Positions 8,213 through 18,286 of a DNA stretch of 55,181 nt are shown here, in pieces. Position numbers and translations under genes: made by a program. Source of the stretch: a virus (Duplodnaviria; Caudoviricetes); the IMG/VR virus record IMGVR_UViG_3300031965_000037, positions 1 to 55,181 of that record. One strand, given 5' to 3'. The stretch's first letter is position 1, and the number at the start of each line of letters is the position of its first letter. Under the pieces are notes generated by a model. It made no database searches. It worked only from the letters and a program-made list of their open reading frames with translations, and had not been told where the DNA came from.

Positions 8213-9499
8213 ATGTCCGGTAACCTGCTCAGAGCGATGGACGCAACCCGTCGACAGTTCGAGGCCTTGGATGACCTCGATCGCTACATCGCGTACTTAC
8301 CCCAACCCTCTTTAATGCTGACCGAAATAGCCGCGTCACTGAGGATTCCAGCGGTCGACATTCGCGACGCGGTCTACCAGGAGGCGCTTGACCAGGCCAA
8401 GCCGTGGGCGCTCAAGCTCGCAGCGTCGAGCCCCCCCCTGCCACCCCCTCTGCCACCCTCCTCAAGTGGCGACTACTTCGGCTTCATCCCACCTGATCTT
8501 GTTTCGAGTTGGCCGATCGGGGTGTCGGGTGCTGTCGCCCAGCTCCAGCAAGTGGACCTCAAGCAGTGGGGCACGATCGCGCTAAAGAGCGGCGTGGATG
8601 TCGGCGGCATGCACATCTACAACCACGACTGGATTGCGATGGGGTACCCAAAGAGTCTCATCCGACTCATGGATGTGCTCGTTGACAACGTGTTGTTTTC
8701 CAAGGGAAAAATGTGGTGCGCTCGGCTCTATGGTGTGCAGTATGACGTCGTGTTCGAGCGCGTTTCGTTCACCGACACGCAGCGGGAGCACGGATGCTAC
8801 TCGAACATGGCTGGACTCGGCACGAACCGGCCACCGAGCTGGCCTGCCCCTGAGTCGTTGGTCGCGCTCCGTTTTCATCGCTGCTTGTTCGAGAACCTTG
8901 GAGGCCAGGGCATTCAGACTGTGCTCGAGGAACGCGGAGATCAGGACCCGTGGAGCGCAGACAAGATGCTGCGGATCAACGAGACGACCGACTACGACGA
9001 GGACGCAACGCCGGGCGGATGGTTGGTTACCGACGGGTGTATGTTCCGCGCGACGGCGCAGGACACGAGCCGGCCGGCGTTTGCAATCTCTCACTTCCAG
9101 TCTCGCAACAACGTGTTGATTCGAGCGTCAACGGTCGACAACCTCAACTGGGCTGACGGCAGCAATCGCTCGAAAACCTACGGCGCGGTGATGATCCAGG
9201 GATGTCCCGCGTACACGGACGTGAGGGGCGTCTACCACGAGGCCTACGATCGCAAGGTTGTGATCGAAGACTCGGATTTCCACGGTCGCGAGTATGCGCA
9301 GCCGGTGATGCTGCTCGAGCGCGGGCTTTCGGCGATTCGCTTGCGCCGCTGCACGCTCAATGGGAGCGGTGGGCAGAACATGATCCGCGTGATGGGGTCA
9401 CCCAACACAGACTTGCTCGTTGAAGACTGCGAGGGGAACGCCGTCATCGAATTCAACGGAAAGGTGGTCGGCACTGTCGCGAATGGGTTTCAGTCCTGA
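8213..9499 (+). CDS. Putative right-handed parallel beta-helix (pectin-lyase-like) protein
   Basis: AAGGA SD; Pro-rich linker, then repeated coils such as FERVSF, FHRCLFEN, TDGCMF, IEDSDF, LRRCTL, VEDCEG. Confidence 0.55.
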   Translation: MSGNLLRAMDATRRQFEALDDLDRYIAYLPQPSLMLTEIAASLRIPAVDIRDAVYQEALDQAKPWALKLAASSPPLPPPLPPSSSGDYFGFIPPDLVSSWPIGVSGAVAQLQQVDLKQWGTIALKSGVDVGGMHIYNHDWIAMGYPKSLIRLMDVLVDNVLFSKGKMWCARLYGVQYDVVFERVSFTDTQREHGCYSNMAGLGTNRPPSWPAPESLVALRFHRCLFENLGGQGIQTVLEERGDQDPWSADKMLRINETTDYDEDATPGGWLVTDGCMFRATAQDTSRPAFAISHFQSRNNVLIRASTVDNLNWADGSNRSKTYGAVMIQGCPAYTDVRGVYHEAYDRKVVIEDSDFHGREYAQPVMLLERGLSAIRLRRCTLNGSGGQNMIRVMGSPNTDLLVEDCEGNAVIEFNGKVVGTVANGFQS

Positions 9500-9553
9500 T
9501 TGCGTGAGCGGCTCAACTCAACTCAGCACCGACACGAAGGAAGAAGGCAAACC

Positions 9554-9829
9554 ATGTGGACTCAGGACGAGGTGACGGAGGCGGGCAACTACGCGATCCG
9601 CATCGTTGGTGGTAGCGAAGAACTCAAGGAGACGGTCGAGCTCGAAGTCGGCGCTGTCATGCCGAGGTGGCTCGAGCGCTGGACTGTGCCGGAAGCAGCC
9701 TCGGAGTCCGCTGCGTCCGATGCGTCCGAGATGCCAGCTCGAGGTGGTGACGCTACCCCCCTCTCGTCGCCGGAGGGCGGCGAGGGCGGCGACCTCGAGG
9801 CTGACTCCGACGAGTTCAGACAGAGCTAG
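9554..9829 (+). CDS. Acidic hypothetical protein
   Basis: GAAGG SD before ATG 9554; acidic low-complexity tail. Confidence 0.6.
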   Translation: MWTQDEVTEAGNYAIRIVGGSEELKETVELEVGAVMPRWLERWTVPEAASESAASDASEMPARGGDATPLSSPEGGEGGDLEADSDEFRQS

Positions 9830-9848
9830 GGATGGCGAGACGATACAA

Positions 9849-10766
9849 ATGGCGAGACGATACAAGAAGACCGTCAGGAAGACTGTCAAGAAGAACGGCG
9901 AGAAGATCGAGCCGCCCGACCCGTCGCCCGATGACGGTGTGATGTTCACCGACGGCGACGATCACCCGTCGCTTCCCGACCCGCAGCCCGGCGGTGGGCG
10001 CGGGGAAAAGTGGCCCTTCCCTCCCACGTCGACCCGCTGCAAAAAGCACTCGAGGCTGCGGACCGTTGCGGCGCGAGCCGCAGGTTTGATCGGATCGAAG
10101 GAGATGCGCCGATGTCGCAGGCCGTCGACCAAGGGGGAGAGCTGTTGCCGCTGGCACGGCAAAGTCAAAAGCGGCTGGCACGGCCCGCCTTCCATCGGGG
10201 CCGCCGAGGGCCGGTATTCGAAGAGTCTTGGTCGGTTCCGCGAGGCCTACGAGGAGTCGTTGGTTTCGCGATCCCTCTTCGATCTGCGCGAAGGCCTAGC
10301 AGTCCTCGACTCGCTCGCCAAGCGCTGCATGGAGCGCGTCGAGCAACTCGACACGCCTCAGTTCAGGCGGGCGTCGCTTGAGATGCTTGACGTCCTCTCG
10401 CTGGCGATCCAAGAGGGCAACGTTGACGCAACGGCCGACGCGCTCCAGGCTTTGAGTCTTCATCTCCGACGCGGAGCTCAAGAGGACTCCTCGATCAATC
10501 TGTTGGCGTCGACGGTCGAGACGCTTCAAAAGAGGGTTGAGAAGGCGTGGGAAATCAAATTGAAAAACGAAGAGACTATGAACGTGCGCGACATGGTCGG
10601 CGTGCTAGGCATGTTCGTCAACGTCGTCTTGGAGGAGTGTCAGGCGAACCTCGATCCGATCGAAGGCGAGGCCGTCGCCAAGAAGATCGCCTACCGAGTC
10701 GACACGATGATTCGGGGGTTTGGGTTGCGCGGCGTGAAGAAGCCGAGGCAGCGTCATCAAACGTGA
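9849..10766 (+). CDS. Putative terminase small subunit (Cys/His HGG-like N-terminal motif)
   Basis: Directly upstream of terL; RC...RCRRP...CCRWHG..GRYSK then a helical region. Confidence 0.6.
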   Translation: MARRYKKTVRKTVKKNGEKIEPPDPSPDDGVMFTDGDDHPSLPDPQPGGGRGEKWPFPPTSTRCKKHSRLRTVAARAAGLIGSKEMRRCRRPSTKGESCCRWHGKVKSGWHGPPSIGAAEGRYSKSLGRFREAYEESLVSRSLFDLREGLAVLDSLAKRCMERVEQLDTPQFRRASLEMLDVLSLAIQEGNVDATADALQALSLHLRRGAQEDSSINLLASTVETLQKRVEKAWEIKLKNEETMNVRDMVGVLGMFVNVVLEECQANLDPIEGEAVAKKIAYRVDTMIRGFGLRGVKKPRQRHQT

Positions 10767-10831
10767 GAGCTGATAGCAACGCGAGCAACGCGATCAACGC
10801 GAGCAAGCGCCAACGGGAGTCGTGACTCAGC

Positions 10832-12424
10832 GTGGGCCTGTTCGACTTCATCTTCGACGAGACGCTGACCTTCGAGACGAACGCAGACTACGCCTTGCGC
10901 CATTCCGGTCCGGCGCTCACCGACCAAGTCGGCGGCGCGATCGAGCTCGCATGGGACCGAGTCATCGAATCGCGAGGCAGTGGCGAGTTCGAGCGGTACA
11001 CCCACGATCCGGTGGGGTTCATCGAGGACGTCCTCGGCGATCAACTCTGGGGCGCGGATGAATCGCCGACGGGCAAGCCGGGGCAACGCGAGATCGCGCA
11101 AGCCATCGCGGAGAACGACGACGTCGCATGGGGAACGTGTCACGGCGTCGGCAAGACGTGGCTGCTCGCGCGGATCAGCCTTTGGTTCTTCATCACGCGG
11201 CCTGATTCGATCGTGATCTCGACCGCGCCGCTGAACAAGCAAGTCAAGGACATGCTCTGGCGGCAGATCCGTAACGCGCACGCGAACAGCCGCACGCCCT
11301 TGCCCGGTCGCATCCTAACTCAGCGCGCCGAGATGCCTGGCTCCCCCGAGTGGTACATGGTCGGCTTCGCCACCGACACACCGGCGGGCGCGGACTCGTC
11401 CATTACAGCCCAGGGGTACCACGCAGTCGGGGGGCTGCTGTTCGTCGTTGATGAAGCATCCGGTGTACCCGAAGGCGTCTACAACGCAGCCCGTGGATAC
11501 CTCACTGGCGGCGATGCAAAACGAGTCTACATCGGCAATCAAAATTCTCGGCACGGTCGCTTCTACGATGCGATCCACGGCGAGAACTCAAGCTTCGTCA
11601 GTTTCCAAACCTCGGCTTTTGACGCTCCGCAATCCATTGGGAGACACGCGGTCATGAATCAGTCTTGGATCAAAATAATGCAGAAAGATTGCGGTCCAAA
11701 TTATGAAGCTGACCCCCTGTATCAAGTTCAGGTTTTGGGCGTTCCTCCCTCAAGCGATTCTCACTCTTTGATCCCGTTGTCTTTGCTTGAAGAAAACAAG
11801 GATTTGCAACCCGATCTTCCAGGGCGCACGATCGGCGTCGACGTCGCAAGACTTGGAGACGACAAGTGCGTTGCATTCCTGAACGACCGAGGACGACTCA
11901 AAGCCCGACACCAATGGAGCAAAGCGAGGACTCACGAGAGCGCGGAGATCATCTCTCAGCTCATGACCAAGTGGCGCGTGCCGAATGCGCGCGACGTGAA
12001 GGTCGACGTGACCGGAGTTGGTGGCGGAGTCGTGGACGATCTCTATCGGCGCGAGGTCTACGTCGAGCCAGTCGATTTCGGTGCTGGCCCTCAGGGGGAT
12101 TGGGACCACGTCATTGGAGGGCACCTCAAGTTCAAGACGCGCCGGAGCGAGCTGCACTACATCTACTATCGCTTGATGCACATGAACCGTCTCGCGATCC
12201 CGGAGAGGTACGAGCGGGCGTGGAGCGACACCGTTTCCCTTCGCTCGATCCCAGACGAGACCGGCTTTTTCAAAATCGAGCCCAAGGAGAAGATGAAGCA
12301 ACGAATCGGTAGGTCTCCCGACGACACCGACGCGATCCTCTGCTCGCTGTCGCGTGGGTCCGTGAAGGCTGAAGTCGAGGGCTCTGGTCGGATCATCAAG
12401 CGCAGGCGTAGGCGTGCAGCATGA
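10832..12424 (+). CDS. terL: Terminase large subunit
   Basis: Walker A CHGVGKT, Walker B VVDEASG, coupling GNQ, RNase H-like IGVDVARLGDD and RSPDDTDA. Confidence 0.95.
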   Translation: MGLFDFIFDETLTFETNADYALRHSGPALTDQVGGAIELAWDRVIESRGSGEFERYTHDPVGFIEDVLGDQLWGADESPTGKPGQREIAQAIAENDDVAWGTCHGVGKTWLLARISLWFFITRPDSIVISTAPLNKQVKDMLWRQIRNAHANSRTPLPGRILTQRAEMPGSPEWYMVGFATDTPAGADSSITAQGYHAVGGLLFVVDEASGVPEGVYNAARGYLTGGDAKRVYIGNQNSRHGRFYDAIHGENSSFVSFQTSAFDAPQSIGRHAVMNQSWIKIMQKDCGPNYEADPLYQVQVLGVPPSSDSHSLIPLSLLEENKDLQPDLPGRTIGVDVARLGDDKCVAFLNDRGRLKARHQWSKARTHESAEIISQLMTKWRVPNARDVKVDVTGVGGGVVDDLYRREVYVEPVDFGAGPQGDWDHVIGGHLKFKTRRSELHYIYYRLMHMNRLAIPERYERAWSDTVSLRSIPDETGFFKIEPKEKMKQRIGRSPDDTDAILCSLSRGSVKAEVEGSGRIIKRRRRRAA

Positions 12425-12708
12425 ATCGCCACTACGACACGAGTCGCCGGCTCCCCGGTCGCGCTTTCGATCCCGAGACCCTTCAGCGGCTCGATCTGTG
12501 CCTGGACTGCTTCCGCACGATCAAGGAGCACATGGAGGCGCTGTCCTTTTCGGGCGCGGTGGTGGTGGTGGCTGACCGCTTGACCTCGGGTGTGGAGACC
12601 GGCAGAGTCTTCACGTGTGGGGGTTGCGGCCTCGACTTCGACGCGATCCATCGCGTCGCGACGAAGGCTCATCCTCTGGCAATTCGGTTTGCGTGGCGGC
12701 TGAAATAG
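12421..12708 (+). CDS. Small CxxC/CxxC protein
   Basis: ATGA overlap with terL; CLDC, CGGC. Confidence 0.65.
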   Translation: MNRHYDTSRRLPGRAFDPETLQRLDLCLDCFRTIKEHMEALSFSGAVVVVADRLTSGVETGRVFTCGGCGLDFDAIHRVATKAHPLAIRFAWRLK

Positions 12709-12752
12709 AGGCGGCTGAAATAGAGCGGCGATAGATGGCAGAGCGGCGATAG

Positions 12753-15455
12753 ATGGCGAAAAGCCCCAAACAGTTCCGGCGACCGATCGAAGGCGCTCCA
12801 CTGGAGTCGCTTCGCGAATCGAAGGGTGTGAAGCCATCCACGGTCATGCCTGTGCGCGTCCAGGTCGGCAAGGCTGGCTTCGGCGCGCGCATCAAGGAGC
12901 TGATCAGCGAGCCTGGGATCAACGCTTTCCTGCGCTCCACTTTCCCCGGCGCGCAGGTGAGCAGCGAGTTGCGCGACCCGGTCCGTGAGGAGACCCGCGT
13001 GTTCTCGGCGATTTCGTTGATCGCCGACTCGGCGGCGAGCGTCCCGCTGCGGGTGTACACCGGCGACCCCGACAAGGAGGATCGTGTCGAGCTCGTCCCC
13101 ATGAGCGACCCTGTCGTCAAGCTCTTCGATCACGTCAACCCGATGATGGACCCGAGTGAGCTCAGGGAGCGCATGGCGCAGGGGATGGAGATCACCGGGG
13201 GCGTCTTCTGGATCCTGACTGACGCCAGCGGCGGGCAGGTCGCGGCGTCGGACAAGACCGACCTGAACTCCAAGATTGTGCTGCCCGAAGAGATCTGGCC
13301 GGTGAGCCAGAACGTCGTTCGACCGATCCTGGACAAGCGCAGTGGATTGCCGATTGGTTGGCGCGTCTCGATTTCCGGCGGTCGAACGAAGATCTACGAC
13401 GCCTCTTCACTCCTGCACTTCAAGTATCAGAACCCCAGTGGTGGGCTCATGGGGATGGCTCCGCTCGAGGTTGCGATTCATCGCGCGAGGCAAATCAAGC
13501 GGGCGATGGTCTACCAGGACTCGATCCTCGACAACGGCGGCGATCCCGGCGGCCTGTTGATCGCGAAAGACATGGGCATCGAGGCTAGGGATCGGCTCGA
13601 GCAGACGGTCGAGGAGGGTTGGAACGACGGCGCTGAGGCTGGCGATACTCGCGTGCTGTACGGCGACATCGAGTACATCCCCAACCCGATCGGCCCGAAG
13701 GACATGAACTACAAGGACCTCACCGAGGTCAACTGGCAGGCGATTAGCGAAGTGTTCAGAACGCCCGCAACTCTGTTCGGCGTTCGCGCCGCGAACTTCG
13801 CTGAGCACGAGCTGCACATGCGAATGTTTTGGAAGTTGAAGATGGAGTCAGTCTTCCGACGTTGGGAGTCGTCGTTCAACTCTCGATTCTTCCCGCGCTT
13901 GCGTGACCCGCGACAGGCTCGTTACCGCGCCTACTACGACACGTCTTCGGTCGAAGCGCTTGCCGACGACCTGCTGGATAAGGCCAAGCTGATCAAGGAG
14001 CTTCTCCAGGTCGGCATTCCGCTCAACGCTTGCCTCTTGTTGGCCGGCGTCGAACTCGATCCTGTGGCCGGTGGTGACGTCTCGCTCGTTTCGACATCTC
14101 TCCGTCTGTTATCAGACCTTGGCAAAACGAACGAGAAGAGCACGTCATCGCTGGACGCAGCCAATACCGGCGGCTCCTTGCCGGATTCGAGCACCTGTGC
14201 TGCAACGGGTGCGCAGGGATCAGTGTGTCCCTCGGATGCCTCTGAGCTTTCTGAGCGAGAAGGTGACGTGGGGGGGTCCGAGGTAAGTCTCTCTGACTCG
14301 GGCCCCTCCACACTCTCCGCCCCCCCCGTTGAGTCGGATTTGGAGGAGAGTCCGAAAGAGGATCTGGAAGAGGAGGAGACCTCGGAAGAGGAGGAGACCC
14401 CGGAAGAGACCCAGCGCGAAGCGTACTTGCGCCGACGTTCGATCGAGAAGGCAACGGCAACGCGGCGCGAACCGTCAGAGCGTCGAATCCGAAAGAAAGT
14501 CGAGGCTTGGTCGCGCAGGCAGAAGGCTGCTCAGCTCCGGCACCTGGACAAGATCGCGAAGGGGCCCAAGAAGGACTCGGGCGTCTCTGCGCGCGGGGCG
14601 CGGGCGCGCGGCGTGATGACGAGGAGCGCGGCGCTCGGCTACCTCGATGCCCACGCCGCCGACGCCGCCGAGATCGCTCGCATGGAGACGACCAGCGATG
14701 ACGTTACGCGGTGTCGCGCAGCTTGGCGCAAGCGCTACCCGCGCCTAGCTCGCCAGTTCGCCGACGATGGCTTGCTGCTGCGCGCGTGGATGGTCAAGGC
14801 AGAGCTGACGCAAAAGGAGCTGGATCAGCTCGTGCTCGCAGCGTCTCAGTCGAAGTACTGGTCAGACGAGCTCGCGGGTGAGCTGGTCGGCGTGTTCGAG
14901 TCGGCCTTCGACGACTCGGCCAAGGCGATCGCCTCCGAGCTCGGCGCTGACCCATTCCTGTCTTCTGAGTCGGCGGCTCAGAAGTACATCAAGGCCAAGG
15001 CGTTCAAGGTCAGCGAGGGCGTCACCTCGACGGTCGCCGAAGATCTCAAGCGCAAGTTCGCCGAGCTGTTCGCCGAGTCCGGTGTCGGCGGCACTGGCAC
15101 GCTCGCCGAGAAGCTCCGCGAGGTGTTGCCCGGAGCGAAAGATGAGGTCCGGCTCGTGTTCGGCAAGACGCACCGGCGCGCTCGCACGATTGCGCGCACC
15201 GAGACCGGCATGATCGACGGCAACGTCCGACACCAGGCGATGAAAAAGAACGGCGTCGAAAAGCACGAGTGGATCACTTCGGGACTCGACAACGTGCGTG
15301 ACGATCACAATGATCTCGACGGATTGATTCGCGAGCTGGACGAGACTTTCCCCCTGACCAGTGGCGGAACGATCAGGCGAGCGCATGATCCCGACGCGGG
15401 CCCTGAGCAACTCGTGAACTGCGCCTGCGTCATGTCGCCGGTGATTGAAGAATAG
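12753..15455 (+). CDS. Portal protein (HK97-like) fused to a MuF/SPP1 gp7-like head morphogenesis domain
   Basis: N-half: VFSAISLIADSAASVPL, LLHFKYQNP...GMAPL, NGGDPGG, ISEVFRTP; C-end: RARTIARTETG, KHEWITSG..VRDDH, NCAC. Confidence 0.9.
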   Translation: MAKSPKQFRRPIEGAPLESLRESKGVKPSTVMPVRVQVGKAGFGARIKELISEPGINAFLRSTFPGAQVSSELRDPVREETRVFSAISLIADSAASVPLRVYTGDPDKEDRVELVPMSDPVVKLFDHVNPMMDPSELRERMAQGMEITGGVFWILTDASGGQVAASDKTDLNSKIVLPEEIWPVSQNVVRPILDKRSGLPIGWRVSISGGRTKIYDASSLLHFKYQNPSGGLMGMAPLEVAIHRARQIKRAMVYQDSILDNGGDPGGLLIAKDMGIEARDRLEQTVEEGWNDGAEAGDTRVLYGDIEYIPNPIGPKDMNYKDLTEVNWQAISEVFRTPATLFGVRAANFAEHELHMRMFWKLKMESVFRRWESSFNSRFFPRLRDPRQARYRAYYDTSSVEALADDLLDKAKLIKELLQVGIPLNACLLLAGVELDPVAGGDVSLVSTSLRLLSDLGKTNEKSTSSLDAANTGGSLPDSSTCAATGAQGSVCPSDASELSEREGDVGGSEVSLSDSGPSTLSAPPVESDLEESPKEDLEEEETSEEEETPEETQREAYLRRRSIEKATATRREPSERRIRKKVEAWSRRQKAAQLRHLDKIAKGPKKDSGVSARGARARGVMTRSAALGYLDAHAADAAEIARMETTSDDVTRCRAAWRKRYPRLARQFADDGLLLRAWMVKAELTQKELDQLVLAASQSKYWSDELAGELVGVFESAFDDSAKAIASELGADPFLSSESAAQKYIKAKAFKVSEGVTSTVAEDLKRKFAELFAESGVGGTGTLAEKLREVLPGAKDEVRLVFGKTHRRARTIARTETGMIDGNVRHQAMKKNGVEKHEWITSGLDNVRDDHNDLDGLIRELDETFPLTSGGTIRRAHDPDAGPEQLVNCACVMSPVIEE

Positions 15456-15465
15456 GAACCCAACT

Positions 15466-17004
15466 ATGACCAAGCCACTCTCCCTCACCATCGAAGAGAA
15501 GATCCTTCTTGGCGCAGCGTCGACGATGGAGCTCGAGGGTCTCGGCGTTGATCGCGTCAAGGAGATCAAGACCGACTCCGAGCACGTCCACTATCGCGGC
15601 AGCATGCATCTCGCGGTCAAGGCTGAGGACGGCAAGGAGGAGCGGAGGGTCTTGCGTCTGATCGCGTCGACCGACGACAAGGACTACCACGGCGACCGCA
15701 TCCGCCAGCGCAAAACAAAGGACGGCGACGGCTGGGTGCTGGACGGGTACCTGCGCAACGGTGGCGTCTACCTCTGGTGCCACAACATGGGGGCGGTCAA
15801 GGCTCCGATCGGTCAGGCGCTGAAGACGTGGGTCGGCAAGATCGGCAAGGCGTTCGAGTCGGTGAAGGACGCGGACGCGCTCTTGAAGGCCGCCGGCCTG
15901 ACAGCCGAATCGTACGCGCTGATGCAGGACGTCGAGTTCCTCAGCGCCGACGACGGACCCGACGACCACTTCAAGTTCTCGGAGACGGTCTATCTCCTGA
16001 TGAGCGGCAAGGGCACGCGATCAGGCAAGGGCATGATGGGCTCCTCGGTCGGCTTCGTCCCAATTAAGGCGTACTGGCCCGAGACCTCGGAGGAGCGAGA
16101 GAAGCTCGGACTCGGCACCTGGGGAGTGGAGTTCCGCGAACAGGCGCTGCTGGAGAACAGCGCGACCCCGACGCCGGCGAACCCGTTCGCGTCTGTGCTC
16201 GGCGGCAAGAAGTCCTTCGAGGCGCGCGTGCTCGAGGAGCTCGACTACATCGAGGATCGCGCGCTGATCCCAAAGTCGCTGCTCAGGGAGTTCCGTGAGC
16301 GGGCGGTCCTCGGTCCGACGGATGCGGCGGAGAAGCTCTCTGCTCGGATCCGGTCGCGCGTCTTTTTCGACGAGCTCGATGGCGTGAGTCTGCGGCAGAT
16401 GGGCGTCAGCGTATCCGATGGAGCCGGAGCTGATGGAGCTGCCGAAGTCGTGCTGAATGCCTACACGGGGCAGGCGCTCGAGGAGCTCAAGGAGGGCGAT
16501 GGGATCGATCTCGACCTGGAGGCGGAGGTCGCCCTGCTCTTGACCGAGCCCGGTGATGCCGACGGCGACCACCAGGACACCGCCGGTGAAGATGTCGATG
16601 CCGCAGATTCCGCCGATGCTGCCAAGCCCCCCGAGTTCAAAGCCGCGAGAGGCGTCGAGGGAGACTCGACAATTACACTCGACTCCGACAGTATCGCTGC
16701 TCTCCAGAGCGGCTTCGACGGCGCTGAGCTGGCGCTCGCGACGTTCGGCGCGATCCTGGACGCGATCGAAGAGAAGAACACCGACCCCGATCTCAAGTCA
16801 TCCATCGGGGTCGACAACGTGACGAACGAAGAGCTTGCAGGCAGGATCGGCTCACTCGAGCAGGCCGTGTCGAAGCTCGTCGATTCCTTGGCCGGTGCGA
16901 AGGTGACCGCGCGAACGGCTGTCCGTGACGACGACGACGAATTCCAATCAACCGAAATCACAGACAAGGAACTGAGCCGGGTGCGAAGCGCGCTCGGCCT
17001 GTAG
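15466..17004 (+). CDS. Prohead maturation protease with acidic scaffold-like C-terminus
   Basis: IASTDDKDYHGDRI, YLWCHN, SSVGFVP, LLENSATPTPANP motifs; located between portal and capsid. Confidence 0.85.
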   Translation: MTKPLSLTIEEKILLGAASTMELEGLGVDRVKEIKTDSEHVHYRGSMHLAVKAEDGKEERRVLRLIASTDDKDYHGDRIRQRKTKDGDGWVLDGYLRNGGVYLWCHNMGAVKAPIGQALKTWVGKIGKAFESVKDADALLKAAGLTAESYALMQDVEFLSADDGPDDHFKFSETVYLLMSGKGTRSGKGMMGSSVGFVPIKAYWPETSEEREKLGLGTWGVEFREQALLENSATPTPANPFASVLGGKKSFEARVLEELDYIEDRALIPKSLLREFRERAVLGPTDAAEKLSARIRSRVFFDELDGVSLRQMGVSVSDGAGADGAAEVVLNAYTGQALEELKEGDGIDLDLEAEVALLLTEPGDADGDHQDTAGEDVDAADSADAAKPPEFKAARGVEGDSTITLDSDSIAALQSGFDGAELALATFGAILDAIEEKNTDPDLKSSIGVDNVTNEELAGRIGSLEQAVSKLVDSLAGAKVTARTAVRDDDDEFQSTEITDKELSRVRSALGL

Positions 17005-17009
17005 CTACC

Positions 17010-18272
17010 ATGGACGACGACGAAAAGAACCTGTCCGCGCAAGGCGCGGCTCTGGTGAAGACTCTGCGTGCAGACTTCACCGACCGAATCAAGGGCATGG
17101 AGACCACGGCGGAGGAGCACGGCAGGATCCTCCGCCAGCTCCAGGGCAGCATCGAGGAGATGACAGTCCAGCTCAAGTCTCGCGAGCATCACGGCGATGC
17201 CTACGTTGATGGCGCGAACGACGCTTTCACGACCGACGACCCGGCGCGGCGATTTAATCTCCACCGTGGTCTGGTCGGCTGGCATAGCGACTTCGACTAC
17301 GACAAGACTCCGTACGGCGAGCAGGCCAATAAGGAGCTGTGGCCGGAGCGTGAGATCCTGATGGAGGCCACGCAGAAAGCTCAGAGCGCGGGCGTCGACA
17401 CCGAAGGCGGCTTCGCAGTCCCGGAGCAGTTCAATTCGGATTTCATTCCAATTTTGCTGGCGAAGACCGTTGCCGGTCAGCTCGGCGTGGTGTTCACCGA
17501 CGGCTTTACCGGCTCGCCTGTTGTTTGGCCGCGAATCGACGCTGCTGCGCAGGCGTACTGGGTCGCGGAAAACGTCGCACCGCCCGAGAGCGAGGCCGAG
17601 ACCGGTCAGATCTCGATGACTCCTCACGACCTGGCCGCGCTGATCCCGGTCTCCAACCGCCTGCTGATGCAGACCAGTGGTCGATTCGAGACGATGCTCC
17701 GCGACCACATGGCGCGGATCATGGCGCTCAAGCTCGACCTTGCGATCTTCAAGGGCATCGGCGCGGCGGGCGAGCCGCTCGGCTTGTCAAACACTCCCGG
17801 CGTGGGGACCACATCTTGGTCCGGCGTCACAAAAAGTGGTGCGTCGCAAACCGTGACGGACAAGCTCTCGGCGATGGTCGAGGCTGTCGACACGTCGAAC
17901 GCGCTCGAGGGCAATCTGGGCTGGGTCGCGCACCCGCAGGTCCACGGTTTCTTCCGCGAGTCGAAGGATGCAGACGGTCGCCCGCTGTTCATGGCTGGCG
18001 ACCCGGAACGGCCGAGTCAGCCGTTCTTGCACAACTACCAGATCCTCAAGACGACCCAACTCGCCAGCGGTGCGACTGCCGATCTCATGTTCGGCAACTG
18101 GGCTGACTTCATGGTCGGGCAGTGGGGGACGCTGATCCTTGACAGCTCGAGCCAGGCTGGCAATGCGTTCTTCCGTCGGCAGACCTACATTCGCTCCGTG
18201 ATGACCGTCGACATGGCGGTGATGCACGAGGCGTCGTTCAACGTTGCGACCGCCTTCAACGCGGCTGCCTAA
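17010..18272 (+). CDS. Major capsid protein (HK97 fold)
   Basis: GGFAVPEQF, AYWVAE, IPVSNRLL, KDADGRPLF, MFGNW motifs; N-terminal coiled delta-like domain. Confidence 0.95.
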   Translation: MDDDEKNLSAQGAALVKTLRADFTDRIKGMETTAEEHGRILRQLQGSIEEMTVQLKSREHHGDAYVDGANDAFTTDDPARRFNLHRGLVGWHSDFDYDKTPYGEQANKELWPEREILMEATQKAQSAGVDTEGGFAVPEQFNSDFIPILLAKTVAGQLGVVFTDGFTGSPVVWPRIDAAAQAYWVAENVAPPESEAETGQISMTPHDLAALIPVSNRLLMQTSGRFETMLRDHMARIMALKLDLAIFKGIGAAGEPLGLSNTPGVGTTSWSGVTKSGASQTVTDKLSAMVEAVDTSNALEGNLGWVAHPQVHGFFRESKDADGRPLFMAGDPERPSQPFLHNYQILKTTQLASGATADLMFGNWADFMVGQWGTLILDSSSQAGNAFFRRQTYIRSVMTVDMAVMHEASFNVATAFNAAA

Positions 18273-18286
18273 ACCGGAGAATCAGA

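Noticed and set aside
16461-17708. Long antisense ORFs opposite structural genes (e.g. 415 aa here, 34091-35017, 25766-26629)
   Set aside because: Expected shadow ORFs in high-GC coding DNA; no motifs or SD
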